Shown piece after piece: positions 30,401 through 38,678 of a stretch of 64,000 nucleotides of DNA. Below the pieces are notes generated by a model. The model saw only the letters and a list, made by a program, of their open reading frames with translations, was not told the DNA's origin and made no database searches. Source of the DNA: an uncultured Candidatus Saccharibacteria bacterium (GTDB lineage Bacteria > Patescibacteriota > UBA1384 > GWA2-35-9 > CAYZGQ01). The position numbers and the translations under genes are program-made. The stretch is taken from positions 3,365 to 67,364 of the forward strand of contig CAYZGQ010000001.1 of assembly GCA_964478135.1 (NCBI GenBank). The letters run 5' to 3'. Numbering within the stretch: the stretch's first letter is position 1; every line of letters begins with the position of its first letter.

Positions 30401-32896
30401 CAGACAAATACTCGATTGGGTCTCGGGACAAGTTCGCCACTTTTTCCGATTCATGTTGTTAGATCGGGCGGTGGCGGGACGTTGAATTTTGACACTTACG
30501 CCGGTTCTGGACTGGGCAACAGCGCCATTCAAGGTCGGCGGGCGGCCGGAACTTTGGCCAGCCCGACAGCCACTCTGTCGGATATGACTCTGTTCGATCT
30601 GCTTGGGTCTGGCTACGACGGTTCAGCTTTCACCGGACAGATCGCTTCGATACGCATGCAAGCCAATCAGAATTTTAGCCCGACCAGTCAGGGCACCAGG
30701 ATTGTCTTTTTGACCACGGCCAATGATTCGACGACCGCGACTGAACGGCTGCGGATCAAACACAATGGCGATGTGGCAATCGGCAACGGCTCGACCGATC
30801 AGATATTATTTGGTTCGACCGGCTCGGCGGTCTTCAACGAACAGGGCAATGATGCCGATTTTCGGGTCGAGGGCGACACCGACGCCAATCTATTGTTCAC
30901 CGACGCTTCGGCCGATGTCTTGGGTGTCGGCACCGCGACCTTCGAAGCCAACACCCGCAAGATGGAGGTGAGATACACCGATACCGCGACCTCCGGAGGC
31001 ACCTTTTCAACGATTAGATTGCTTTCGGACATCAATGCTCCTTCTAACTCCACGGCATCCCATTTTGGTCTAGGAACGACTTTAAGAACCGCGAGCGGCA
31101 ACGCTTCCAACTACACCGACTCCACGACAGGTATTAAGGCGATGAACTTTGTCGTCCAGCACCGAGGCACAGGCACGGTTACTAGAATGACAGGCTTGGG
31201 CGGCAATGTCACCAACAGCTCAAGCGGTACGATTACGACTGCCGAGAGCATCGTGGCTGGGGTTGACCTGACCTCAACCGGTCCGATTACTACTTGGAAC
31301 GCCCTGCGGGTCTTCGCGCCCTCTATCACTGGCTCTGGGGTGCTGACTAACGCTCGCGGGCTTTACATCAGTAACATCACAGGGGCCTCCACGCAGAATC
31401 TAGCTATCCTGACAGAAGGGGGCGGAGTAGTCTTTAATGAAAACGGCACGGACAGCGATTTCCGGGTCGAGGGCGACACCGATGCCAATCTATTGTTCAC
31501 CGACGCTTCGGCTGATCGGGTTGGTATAGGGACAAACACCCCTTCGCTCAAACTTCACGTGGTGGACAACTCTTCAACTTCGGCTATTTTCCAGCGCAAC
31601 AGCACTGCCACCGGTTCGAGTGTTGGCTCAACGGTTTTTTTGGATAATTTGGACACCACGACCAACAATGGAGCTCGTTTGATTTTTAGAACCAACGATA
31701 CTGGCGGCGCAACCAGGCAAGCGGCTGGAATAGGCTCGCTCGTAACCGCCCGGGGTGCTAGCAGTGTGACTGGCGATCTGGTATTCCTGACCAACAACAA
31801 CTCAACCGGCGTTTCCGAGGTTGCTCGGTTAACCGGAGCGGGCGCGCTTGGCATTGGTGAGTCGCCGGCGGCCAATATGAAGCTTGATGTCGCTGGCCGG
31901 GTTCAGATTAATCTGGCCGGAACCCAAACCTCGGTTGCCTTGTGCGGTAGTCACCCGGCTGGCGGCGGGGCCTCGGTTTCCGATGTCGAGATTGTTGACT
32001 GCACCGGCACGCCGGCGGCTGACTATGCCGAGATCTATCCGGTTTCAAACGATGTTGAATACACTGATTTAGTGGCTATCGGACCGGATTCGGTTAAAAC
32101 CACCGATCAAAACTCGATTCAAAGGCTAGTCAAAGCTACGATCGCCAATCAAGCCAACACTTTAGGAGTCGTTGTTGACAACTACGGCGATTTCTCCTCG
32201 GTCGGTCACAACATTAAAGGTTCTGATAATCCCAAACCGGTCGCGCTTTCAGGCCGGGTGAGAGTGAAAGTTTCCGGCCAGTCGGGCGCGATAGCGCCCG
32301 GCGATTATCTGACCGCCTCGTCCAAACCCGGTCGGGCGATGAAGGCGACCTCAAGCGCCAAGATAGTTGGAGTGGCTTTGGGATCATTTAGCGGCGACGA
32401 GGGGACGGTAATGATGTTTGTCAGCAATTTCTGGTATAATCCGTCTTCGGGCGAGAGTATTCAGGGTACCCAAACTGCATCCTACCAGGCGCTCGAAGTT
32501 GCCGGCCTTTTGCGAACGAATCTTTTGGAGGTTGCCGGGCCAGCCGAGTTCAAAGGTAGTTTAGTTGTCTGGGGTGAAACAACCTTTAAGGCACCGGTTG
32601 TGGTTCAAAAGACGCTGACTGCTAAAGAAAAGATCGTGTCCAAAGGTGACCTTGAGCTCAAGGGCAATCTTGTTCTAAACCCCGACATTAAAGGGTCAGC
32701 CTTGCCAGTGACTAAGGGCGCGACCAGCCTTGAGGTCGTGTTTAGCAAGCCCCAAGCTGACACAAGCTACTTGGCTTTCGTCACGCCATCCCAGCCGATC
32801 GGTTTTGGCGTTACCAAACAATCTGACAAAATGATCGTTACCTTTGAGGCCGAGGCGCCGGAAGGATTAATCCTGGATTGGCTGATAGTCAGATGA
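27446..32896 (+). CDS. giant membrane-anchored protein (1816 aa): two N-terminal excisionase-type HTH (HTH_17-like) repeats, one TM helix, tail-fibre-like S/T/G-rich ectodomain
   Basis: Repeats LAQAGQLFGYSAGHMNYLARSGKIIALKLGGQWYTTRAAVSAYQAG and LAQAAKQYGYSAGHLNLLAREGKLEAVKLGRNWYTTERAIDQYRQG fit the excisionase/MerR-type HTH pattern. TM helix at about aa 175-195. The ectodomain has GPSYGGTG and (V/I)GIGT...KLHV tail-fibre-like motifs. The ORF track start is a TTG and the true start is uncertain. Confidence 0.75.
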   Translation: MIPLAQAGQLFGYSAGHMNYLARSGKIIALKLGGQWYTTRAAVSAYQAGQPQPENPTGFMSLAQAAKQYGYSAGHLNLLAREGKLEAVKLGRNWYTTERAIDQYRQGVREIELVPDSPDPALQISQPENINVKVRPVASYQGFGITETDDDAPGPTGGFRLKSVMVSRGFKLGLITLIVSGLAFGLGRLVQGWRTGELNGLGPSGIAAYLFGGELAQGDRLGSGFLGSITRERAQSDTPGVRPEASPSPDTVVNNTTVNNYNQTVNNDNRQVTNISTTKTAKDIVGELSDPQVSDDITINSSKAGSFSPSGNTTALTVKQSSASPSETPIVKIQNASGANLVTVDFEGNLGLAGGSRLEIGGQQIGIANLADGSSIASLSGSQTLTNKTLSAGVIYQGSAISPSYGGTGLTSAPSNGQLLIGNGSGYTLAALTAGTAINVTNGSGSITIANSGVTSLSAGTGIAVSGSSGAVTLTNSGVTALTGTTNQVSLSGSTGSITISTPQNIHTGASPTFSRLNLSEASNQLVLQSNSVTGSLTWTPVTSNKTITLPNLTGTAFLIDGGQTISSAVWNASAIGPSYGGTGQTTLAKGDILYGSATDIWSRLAVGSIGYVLQVSLDGVPEWATISSLSVGNADTLDSLDSADFLRATASDTFEGVNSRTLTIQSDLSSGARTVDLLTISQANDPTNNFTTGNLLTIAQLDTGSSADALELNQTGSGKAINIVSGELATAGNIVQTGATTLSTGTGAVSLGGDTTIATGKNLTLASGTGTFSQIFSNTTGTGANWNITNSGSSGTNTVGGIGLVLAGTANTTGSNVINAINFSNVPPATNNSYYALNVGTGFTDIVRYNGAQLISGSGVIQSAALSGNYTGVTGVGILSTGTWNADTIIFAKGGTGLTATPSNGQLLIGNGSGYTLAGLTGTTNQINVASGAGSITLSTPQNIHTAASPTFAGLTLSDLTPGSLVFAGAGGVISQDNAKFFWDQTNTRLGLGTSSPLFPIHVVRSGGGGTLNFDTYAGSGLGNSAIQGRRAAGTLASPTATLSDMTLFDLLGSGYDGSAFTGQIASIRMQANQNFSPTSQGTRIVFLTTANDSTTATERLRIKHNGDVAIGNGSTDQILFGSTGSAVFNEQGNDADFRVEGDTDANLLFTDASADVLGVGTATFEANTRKMEVRYTDTATSGGTFSTIRLLSDINAPSNSTASHFGLGTTLRTASGNASNYTDSTTGIKAMNFVVQHRGTGTVTRMTGLGGNVTNSSSGTITTAESIVAGVDLTSTGPITTWNALRVFAPSITGSGVLTNARGLYISNITGASTQNLAILTEGGGVVFNENGTDSDFRVEGDTDANLLFTDASADRVGIGTNTPSLKLHVVDNSSTSAIFQRNSTATGSSVGSTVFLDNLDTTTNNGARLIFRTNDTGGATRQAAGIGSLVTARGASSVTGDLVFLTNNNSTGVSEVARLTGAGALGIGESPAANMKLDVAGRVQINLAGTQTSVALCGSHPAGGGASVSDVEIVDCTGTPAADYAEIYPVSNDVEYTDLVAIGPDSVKTTDQNSIQRLVKATIANQANTLGVVVDNYGDFSSVGHNIKGSDNPKPVALSGRVRVKVSGQSGAIAPGDYLTASSKPGRAMKATSSAKIVGVALGSFSGDEGTVMMFVSNFWYNPSSGESIQGTQTASYQALEVAGLLRTNLLEVAGPAEFKGSLVVWGETTFKAPVVVQKTLTAKEKIVSKGDLELKGNLVLNPDIKGSALPVTKGATSLEVVFSKPQADTSYLAFVTPSQPIGFGVTKQSDKMIVTFEAEAPEGLILDWLIVR
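30849..30918 (+). repeat. intragenic repeat copy A (about 70 nt, about 90% identical to copy B exactly 600 nt downstream)
   Basis: ttcgggtcgagggcgacaccgacgccaatctattgttcaccgacgcttcggccgat versus the copy at 31449-31518. Encodes DFRVEGDTDANLLFTDASAD in both. Confidence 0.8.
31449..31518 (+). repeat. intragenic repeat copy B
   Basis: Near-identical to 30849-30918. The flanking sequence is conserved only at the protein level. Confidence 0.8.
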
Positions 32897-32949
32897 ACCG
32901 TCTTTAATAAGTTAATAGACTAACTAAAAAAGGGGAGAAAGGAGATTGT

Positions 32950-33408
32950 ATGAAGTCCAAAACAGTTGTTATCGCGTTGGTGGTGATAGCGATCGTGTCC
33001 ACAGCCGCCTATTACTTTGGCGTGGTTATTCAAACACGAGCCCAAAAGCCGACCGCCCAATCTGTGTCTCGTAGTTACGAGGCGGTCTTTCTAACTAACG
33101 GCCAGGTTTATTTTGGCAAAGTGGCCAAAAGAGACCGGGACGAGATCGTGGTCAGAGACATTTATTACTTGAGAGTTGAGCAACAACTTCAGCCCGCTCC
33201 AGAGAATCAGACGGACCAGCAACCTAAAATAGCTTTAGTTAAGCTGGGTGATGAAATCCACGGCCCTCAAGACATTATGAGGATCAATACCCAACATGTT
33301 CTTTTCACAGAGAAGCTAAAAGAAAACGGTCAGGTAGTCCAGACAATTCTGCGTCACAAGCAAGGCGCGACCAGCCAGTCTTCGGCTCAACAATCTCCGG
33401 TCGAGTGA
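32950..33408 (+). CDS. small membrane-anchored protein (N-terminal TM, 152 aa), function unknown
   Basis: Strong SD (GGGGAGAAAGGAG) 6 nt before the ATG. N-terminal hydrophobic helix VVIALVVIAIVSTAAYYFGVV. Confidence 0.5.
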   Translation: MKSKTVVIALVVIAIVSTAAYYFGVVIQTRAQKPTAQSVSRSYEAVFLTNGQVYFGKVAKRDRDEIVVRDIYYLRVEQQLQPAPENQTDQQPKIALVKLGDEIHGPQDIMRINTQHVLFTEKLKENGQVVQTILRHKQGATSQSSAQQSPVE

Positions 33409-33447
33409 TGGACTGACTTGACCAGATCGTGGTAGTATATAAAAATC

Positions 33448-34581
33448 ATGACTAAACGTCTCATCGTTGCGGGCGCTCTAATTTTGGCACTTTTGATTGG
33501 CGGAGCCGGCGGAGCGGCCTTTGTTTTGATCAGTGGTATTTCGAGTGTTCCGTCAGGCGCTATTGGGTCGGCCAAAAGTGATGCCAGCCGGGTTGAGAAA
33601 GTGGTTGTCGAGCAGTCATCGGGCGTGATAGACAGTGTTAAGAAAGTTTCTTCATCGGTTGTGGCGATCACTGTTAAGGGACAAGTGATTGATTTCTTTT
33701 TTGGACCAGTTTCTACCAGTTCGGCCGGCACTGGTTTTATCGTTACTGCCGATGGGTTAATTATCACTAATAAACATGTTGTTGCGGACGATAAGTCGGA
33801 ATACACGGTTTTCTTGCCAGACGGACGAAATTTTTCGGCCAAGGTGGTTGACCGCGACCCGCTCCAGGATTTGGCCTTTATTAAGATCGAGTCGAACGGT
33901 TTGCCGGTGGTTGAGTTGGGAGATTCTGACCGATTACAGGTAGGCGAGCAGGTGATTGCGATCGGCAACGCCTTGGGCGAGTTTCAAAATACAGTAACAG
34001 TTGGAGTGATTTCAGCCAAGAATCGTCAGATTACGGCATCAAACGGGGGTCAGGCCGAACCACTATCCGGCCTTTTACAAACCGATGCGGCCATCAACTC
34101 GGGCAACTCCGGCGGCCCGCTGGTTAATTTACGCGGTCAAGTGATCGGGATTAACACCGCTACCGCGACCAAGGGCGCCGCCGAAGGAATTGGCTTTGCC
34201 ATACCGACTAACACTGTTAAGCCTTCTTTAACCAGGATTACTAAACTCGGCCGAATTGCTCGGCCAATGCTTGGAGTTAGGTTTGCCAACATCACAAAAG
34301 AGTTGGCTGACCTGGAAAACTTGCCGGTTACTCAAGGCGCTTTGCTCGTGTCAGATGTCCAGGGTCGCCAACAAGCGGTTGTGGCCGGCGGACCGGCTGA
34401 CAAAGCCGGCCTTAAAAACGGTGACATTATTAGCCACATTAATGGTGATAAGATTGATCAGAGTAACTCTTTGCCCCAATTGATTGATCAGTATAACCCG
34501 GGGGACACGGTTGAGCTGACCGTGATCCGAGACCAAAAGACGCTCAAGATCAAAGTTCGACTCGAGGAGCTCAAGGTTTAG
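33448..34581 (+). CDS. htrA: HtrA/DegP-family serine protease with C-terminal PDZ domain
   Basis: Trypsin-like catalytic Ser motif GNSGGPLVNLRGQVIGINTA, His and Asp regions (TNKHVV, DLAFIKI), and a PDZ domain (GLKNGDIISHINGDKI). N-terminal TM. Confidence 0.85.
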   Translation: MTKRLIVAGALILALLIGGAGGAAFVLISGISSVPSGAIGSAKSDASRVEKVVVEQSSGVIDSVKKVSSSVVAITVKGQVIDFFFGPVSTSSAGTGFIVTADGLIITNKHVVADDKSEYTVFLPDGRNFSAKVVDRDPLQDLAFIKIESNGLPVVELGDSDRLQVGEQVIAIGNALGEFQNTVTVGVISAKNRQITASNGGQAEPLSGLLQTDAAINSGNSGGPLVNLRGQVIGINTATATKGAAEGIGFAIPTNTVKPSLTRITKLGRIARPMLGVRFANITKELADLENLPVTQGALLVSDVQGRQQAVVAGGPADKAGLKNGDIISHINGDKIDQSNSLPQLIDQYNPGDTVELTVIRDQKTLKIKVRLEELKV

Positions 34582-34597
34582 GCCGGCCATTTGGGTT

Positions 34598-35275
34598 CTA
34601 GCTGGCTGGCGAGGGGCTTGGGCTAGCGGCTGATTGGCCAGTTTGACGGGCGAACACAATGTAACGTTTGACGAGCGTGCCCGGAGGCCAAGAGGTTTGG
34701 AGAGTTATGGTTTTGTCTTTCGGATCTTTGGGCGTTGGGTCTAGAACCGAGAAGTCGTCAGAGGCGACCACCTTCTTGCCAAAGACCTCGTATTGGTAGG
34801 CGACATTTTTGTAATAGACGATGAACCGATCGCCTTTGTCGAGTTTGTCGATACTTTTGAAGATTTCTTTAAGTTCTGGTTTACCCGGGAAGTTTTTAAA
34901 GTAGCTCGAGTGACCGAAGATGTACATATTTCCCAGTTGGTCCGGTTTCTGGCTACCTTTTAGATGTGCGACACCGAGCTGGGAGGTGATTTTTTGATAG
35001 ACCGGTTCGTTAGCCCCGTCAACATCCGCGATAATTGGAACCCGGATGCTGATTTTTTCGATCTCAAGACCAAATTCTTTGATCTCGACTGGTTCTGGCA
35101 GGGAACTTTGATTAAGCCCTGAAGGAGAGGCAGAGGGTTGAACGATTGATACGTTCAAGCCTGACTTTACCAAAGCAAGCGTTCCGGCAACAACCATAGC
35201 GCTTGCTAGTCCAATACCAAGAATAACTAGCTTTTTTTGAGTAGTCACTTGTGGCAAGACAGATTGTGGGTTCAC
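34598..35275 (-). CDS. sortase-family transpeptidase homolog with Ser in place of the catalytic Cys (the protein has no Cys)
   Basis: N-terminal TM anchor. Conserved sortase His (MYIFGHSSY). The TLxTC motif reads KTITLQTSWPPG (codon tct). Conserved Arg (LVKRYIVFARQ). The GTG start overlaps the upstream LPKTG gene's stop as GTGA. Confidence 0.7.
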   Translation of the reverse strand: MNPQSVLPQVTTQKKLVILGIGLASAMVVAGTLALVKSGLNVSIVQPSASPSGLNQSSLPEPVEIKEFGLEIEKISIRVPIIADVDGANEPVYQKITSQLGVAHLKGSQKPDQLGNMYIFGHSSYFKNFPGKPELKEIFKSIDKLDKGDRFIVYYKNVAYQYEVFGKKVVASDDFSVLDPTPKDPKDKTITLQTSWPPGTLVKRYIVFARQTGQSAASPSPSPAS

Positions 35276-38200
35276 GCGAGCCGGCGTCGAAGGGTTACCG
35301 CGACCGATCCAGCGGCAAGAGCGGCCAGTCCGATCAAGGCCAGTAGGTTGAGCGCGAGCGTGTTGGCCCCGGTTTTCGGCAGCTCAACAACCTGCGCCGA
35401 AACCTGATCGGTGTTAATTGACTCGTTGCCAGTTGTATCGAGGGAGCGCAGGGTGTAGTAGTATGTCCCTTTGGCGGTCAGGCTGTCATTATAACTCGTG
35501 TCTGCCTTGACGGTCGTCTTAATTTTATCGCCTAGCTTTCCAGATTCACTCGAGCGGTAAATGTTAATCTTGTCAAAGTCAGAGTCGGTTGGATTTTTCC
35601 AAGTTAAACTGATCTTACCAGTGCCGGCAGTCGCTTTGACTTCGCTTGGAGCGGCCGGCGGGGCGCTGTCAGCGTTGGCCGCCAGGCCAAAGACGGTTAA
35701 GTGGGAAACCAAACAACTAACTTCGTTTTTAGTGGTGTCAACGGTGCAGTTTTCCTTAGACAGTGAACCATCGGTCTCGTTGAATGAGACGATCTGGATA
35801 TCAGCTTCTTTGACCCCGGCCGGAATATCGGATTCTTTATAGGGGAAGGTGACGGTCAAGGGACTGTTGGGAGAAGTAATGTTAGAACCATTAGAGTCGA
35901 TCGCCGTGATATTATAAGCCTTTCCAAAGACAGAGGCACCTTCTTGGGCAGGCATTTCTGCTGTGGCGCCAACATTAAGCGTGACATTAGCGTCATCATT
36001 GTTTTTATCGAGTGCATCTGCGGGCACTTGGATGTTCATACCATCGCTTAAGGAGATTGCCGTAGCCGAACCCGAATTGCCAGTTCTTGAAGCGTCAGCT
36101 GGCAAAACGTTGCTTTGGGTAGTCAAACTAAAATCTTGGGTGAGATTGGTCGTTTGACCCTTGGTGTTAACCAGTTTTTCACCTGGTAGGATTATGACAT
36201 CTTTTTGGTTATCAGCATCTTTGGCGACATCAAGGTGCCAGACAGTATCTTTGGTGGCATTCATTGAGTATTTGCCATTGGAATCAGTCCGGACTTGGTT
36301 GACAGCGCCGTCGTCGGAATAGGCGCTGACAAGGGCATTGTTGACTGTTTGAGCGCTGGAATCATTAACTGTGCCTTCAAACTTAAAGTCGGCTTTGCGT
36401 AACTTAAAGTCAACCCCAGTTTTAGTTTCTTGATTGCCCACGCTAACGATTTGTTCAGCCGGTGGTAGCCAGCCATTTTTATTCAGCACTTCGGGCGCCA
36501 TAAAAACTCGGATGTTTTGGGTTTCACTGGAAGTGACATCGATTGAGTAGCTACCATTCGTATCAGTTTGGCCACTGAATTCGAAGAAGTCAGGCACAGG
36601 ACCTTTAGTTGCGTTGCGGTTATCGTCGTCTAGGCCGTTGTCCACTTTAACTTTCGCTCCCACGACCGCGTTACCATCGGGATCGGTGACTTTACCTTGG
36701 ATTTTGCTGTCAAGGGCTTTGAGTGTTACTTTAACCTCTGCCGTTTGGCCGGCCGTCAGGCTGACTTTGTCTTTGGGGGGTACCATGGCAAAGCCTGAAC
36801 CTGGTTCGATAAAGACACCGACACGGTAGGGGCTTTGCCCGGCAACAACACTAATGTTGTTAACAGAGGCGGCTCCGCCATGACCGGCGAAATCACCCAT
36901 GACATTGACACCTTTGTCAGAAATAGCAAAGGCGTGGGCAAAGACGCCGGAAATGGCACTGCCGTCAGATTTCACTAACTTAACGGCAATGTTAGCATCG
37001 GTAGGAACCAGCTTGATATCAATTGATTTGACCTCGTTTTTAGCAAGTTTGACCTTGCTAAATCCTTCGGGCATAAAGCCGTTCATTGGCATCATTGGGT
37101 TTAATGTGTACTCATTGTCACCGGGAACTTTGATATTAGCGCTCCCACGCTGGATTGGTTTACCCAGAAAGCCGATCGTATCACTATTAACTTCCATAAA
37201 GCCAAAGCTGTCAGAGACGACAGCTTTGGTGTCAGAACGGGTAATCCTGGCCTTGATGGTGGCATCGGCGTTAAGTGCCTCGAAGGTAGCTGTTCCACCG
37301 GCTTCAACGAACTGTGGCCCGCCTTTGATCACCTTGGAACTGCCAGCCTGTTGCTCTTGATCCTTTTGACCACCTTCAGGTCCAAAGTTCTCTGACATCA
37401 CCATCACGCCGTATTTGCCCGTGCCGACCACAGGGATCGTGCCGGTTGCTTCGGTCCCAGTCAGCTTAAGAATAGTAAAGCCGAATTCACCGCCTCCACC
37501 GACGCCCATCTTAAAGACATTGGCATTCATGTCGGCGGAGCCGTTTTTAACCACGACTTTGATTGCCTTTTCTTTTTTTACCAGAGTCAGGATACCGAGG
37601 TTTTTGGTTTCGCCGGCTTTAACCGCGATTGGCTCAATGACAGGCGCTGCGAACTGGGCGGCGTTGGGATTTTGGAAGTTCGGTGGCGAAAAGATGTCGA
37701 AATTATAGCTTTTTCCTCCGGCTACTTTCACGTTGAAGTTGACCGAGGAGGCACCCGGGGTAATCTGGAGGGGCGCGCCAAAGCCAAAGTCATTACCGGC
37801 CCGGATACCAAGACCGGTGCCTTGAGCTAGGGCGGATCCATCAGGCGTGGTAATTGTACCGGTAACCGCGGCGTCGACTTTTACGAAGTTATTAATGTTA
37901 ACGGTGACTGTTTCCACTGAATCGTCGTCTTTAAAGCTAGCCTGAATTGGCGGACCGCTCATCACGAAACTGCCGGCCCCATCGCTCGGGGCATGGATAT
38001 TCCATCTACCACCCGAGAGTTTGACGCTGTAGTTGCCGCTCCCGTCGGTTTTAGTTTGGGCAAAACCACCCGCTTCTTTAAAGAAGTTTAAGCTAGTAGT
38101 GATTACAGCTTCACCGGTCGCGGTGGTTGCTTTACCGGTTAAAGTTTTGGTCGCAGATTTAAATTTAATGGTTTTGCCAGTCAATTGGCTGCCGGTGTAG

Positions 38201-38577
38201 GTACCAAGATCTGTGAACGGGGGAGAGATTAATCCAGTGGTTGAGCCGTCAAACGGTGGGAAAAGATCGGCCACGAGCTTGTCGCCGCTTTGGGTGTTAT
38301 TAGCGAAGTCTTGGATAGTTGCCAGGCCGTTAGCGTCTGAATTGCTAAATAAGGAATATTTAAAATCAATCGGATGGACGTTAACTCCGGCGTTTTTGAC
38401 CGGCGCGCCATCGGCATCCTGGATGGTAATTACAATAATGGTTTTAGCCGTGGGTGGTGGTTGGGCGAGTGAGGCGCCAGAGTAGGCGAGGACTAGGCCC
38501 GCGATAGTGAAGACGCTTGTAAGGCCGCGCCAGTACAGGCGGAAAGCACCCGCCTGGGTCGTTCCTGATTGTAACAT
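35272..38577 (-). CDS. LPKTG-anchored cell-surface protein (about 1100 aa) with carboxypeptidase-regulatory-like/Ig-like domains and a C-terminal FN3 module
   Basis: Signal peptide. C-terminus ...VVELPKTGANTLALNLLALIGLAALAAGSVAVTLRRRLA is an LPxTG motif plus hydrophobic segment plus basic tail. The track start at 38598 is a TTG. The ATG at 38577 (MLQSG...) follows a strong SD AAAGGAGGG and is preferred. Confidence 0.8.
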   Translation of the reverse strand: MLQSGTTQAGAFRLYWRGLTSVFTIAGLVLAYSGASLAQPPPTAKTIIVITIQDADGAPVKNAGVNVHPIDFKYSLFSNSDANGLATIQDFANNTQSGDKLVADLFPPFDGSTTGLISPPFTDLGTYTGSQLTGKTIKFKSATKTLTGKATTATGEAVITTSLNFFKEAGGFAQTKTDGSGNYSVKLSGGRWNIHAPSDGAGSFVMSGPPIQASFKDDDSVETVTVNINNFVKVDAAVTGTITTPDGSALAQGTGLGIRAGNDFGFGAPLQITPGASSVNFNVKVAGGKSYNFDIFSPPNFQNPNAAQFAAPVIEPIAVKAGETKNLGILTLVKKEKAIKVVVKNGSADMNANVFKMGVGGGGEFGFTILKLTGTEATGTIPVVGTGKYGVMVMSENFGPEGGQKDQEQQAGSSKVIKGGPQFVEAGGTATFEALNADATIKARITRSDTKAVVSDSFGFMEVNSDTIGFLGKPIQRGSANIKVPGDNEYTLNPMMPMNGFMPEGFSKVKLAKNEVKSIDIKLVPTDANIAVKLVKSDGSAISGVFAHAFAISDKGVNVMGDFAGHGGAASVNNISVVAGQSPYRVGVFIEPGSGFAMVPPKDKVSLTAGQTAEVKVTLKALDSKIQGKVTDPDGNAVVGAKVKVDNGLDDDNRNATKGPVPDFFEFSGQTDTNGSYSIDVTSSETQNIRVFMAPEVLNKNGWLPPAEQIVSVGNQETKTGVDFKLRKADFKFEGTVNDSSAQTVNNALVSAYSDDGAVNQVRTDSNGKYSMNATKDTVWHLDVAKDADNQKDVIILPGEKLVNTKGQTTNLTQDFSLTTQSNVLPADASRTGNSGSATAISLSDGMNIQVPADALDKNNDDANVTLNVGATAEMPAQEGASVFGKAYNITAIDSNGSNITSPNSPLTVTFPYKESDIPAGVKEADIQIVSFNETDGSLSKENCTVDTTKNEVSCLVSHLTVFGLAANADSAPPAAPSEVKATAGTGKISLTWKNPTDSDFDKINIYRSSESGKLGDKIKTTVKADTSYNDSLTAKGTYYYTLRSLDTTGNESINTDQVSAQVVELPKTGANTLALNLLALIGLAALAAGSVAVTLRRRLA

Positions 38578-38630
38578 TATCCCTCCTTTTGAGCTCAAGA
38601 TATATTTAATTAATTTGTAATTCTGTTTTT

Positions 38631-38659
38631 AAAATAACAAGATTTGGCAGATGTGTCAA
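38631..38659 (-). promoter_or_regulatory. sigma70-like promoter for the LPKTG-protein/sortase operon
   Basis: On the minus strand: TTGACA, a 17-nt spacer, then TATTTT. About 50 nt upstream of the SD and ATG at 38577. Confidence 0.45.
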
Positions 38660-38678
38660 GTTTCAGACTGTGGAAAGC

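Noticed and set aside
30849-31518. Possible diversity-generating retroelement (template/variable repeat) explanation for the near-identical intragenic repeat
   Set aside because: The mismatches between the copies are T/C, G/A and C/G substitutions, not adenine-specific. No reverse transcriptase gene is present in the window.
33387-33968. 193-aa minus-strand ORF
   Set aside because: It is fully antisense to the well-supported htrA gene and has no RBS. It is a compositional artefact.
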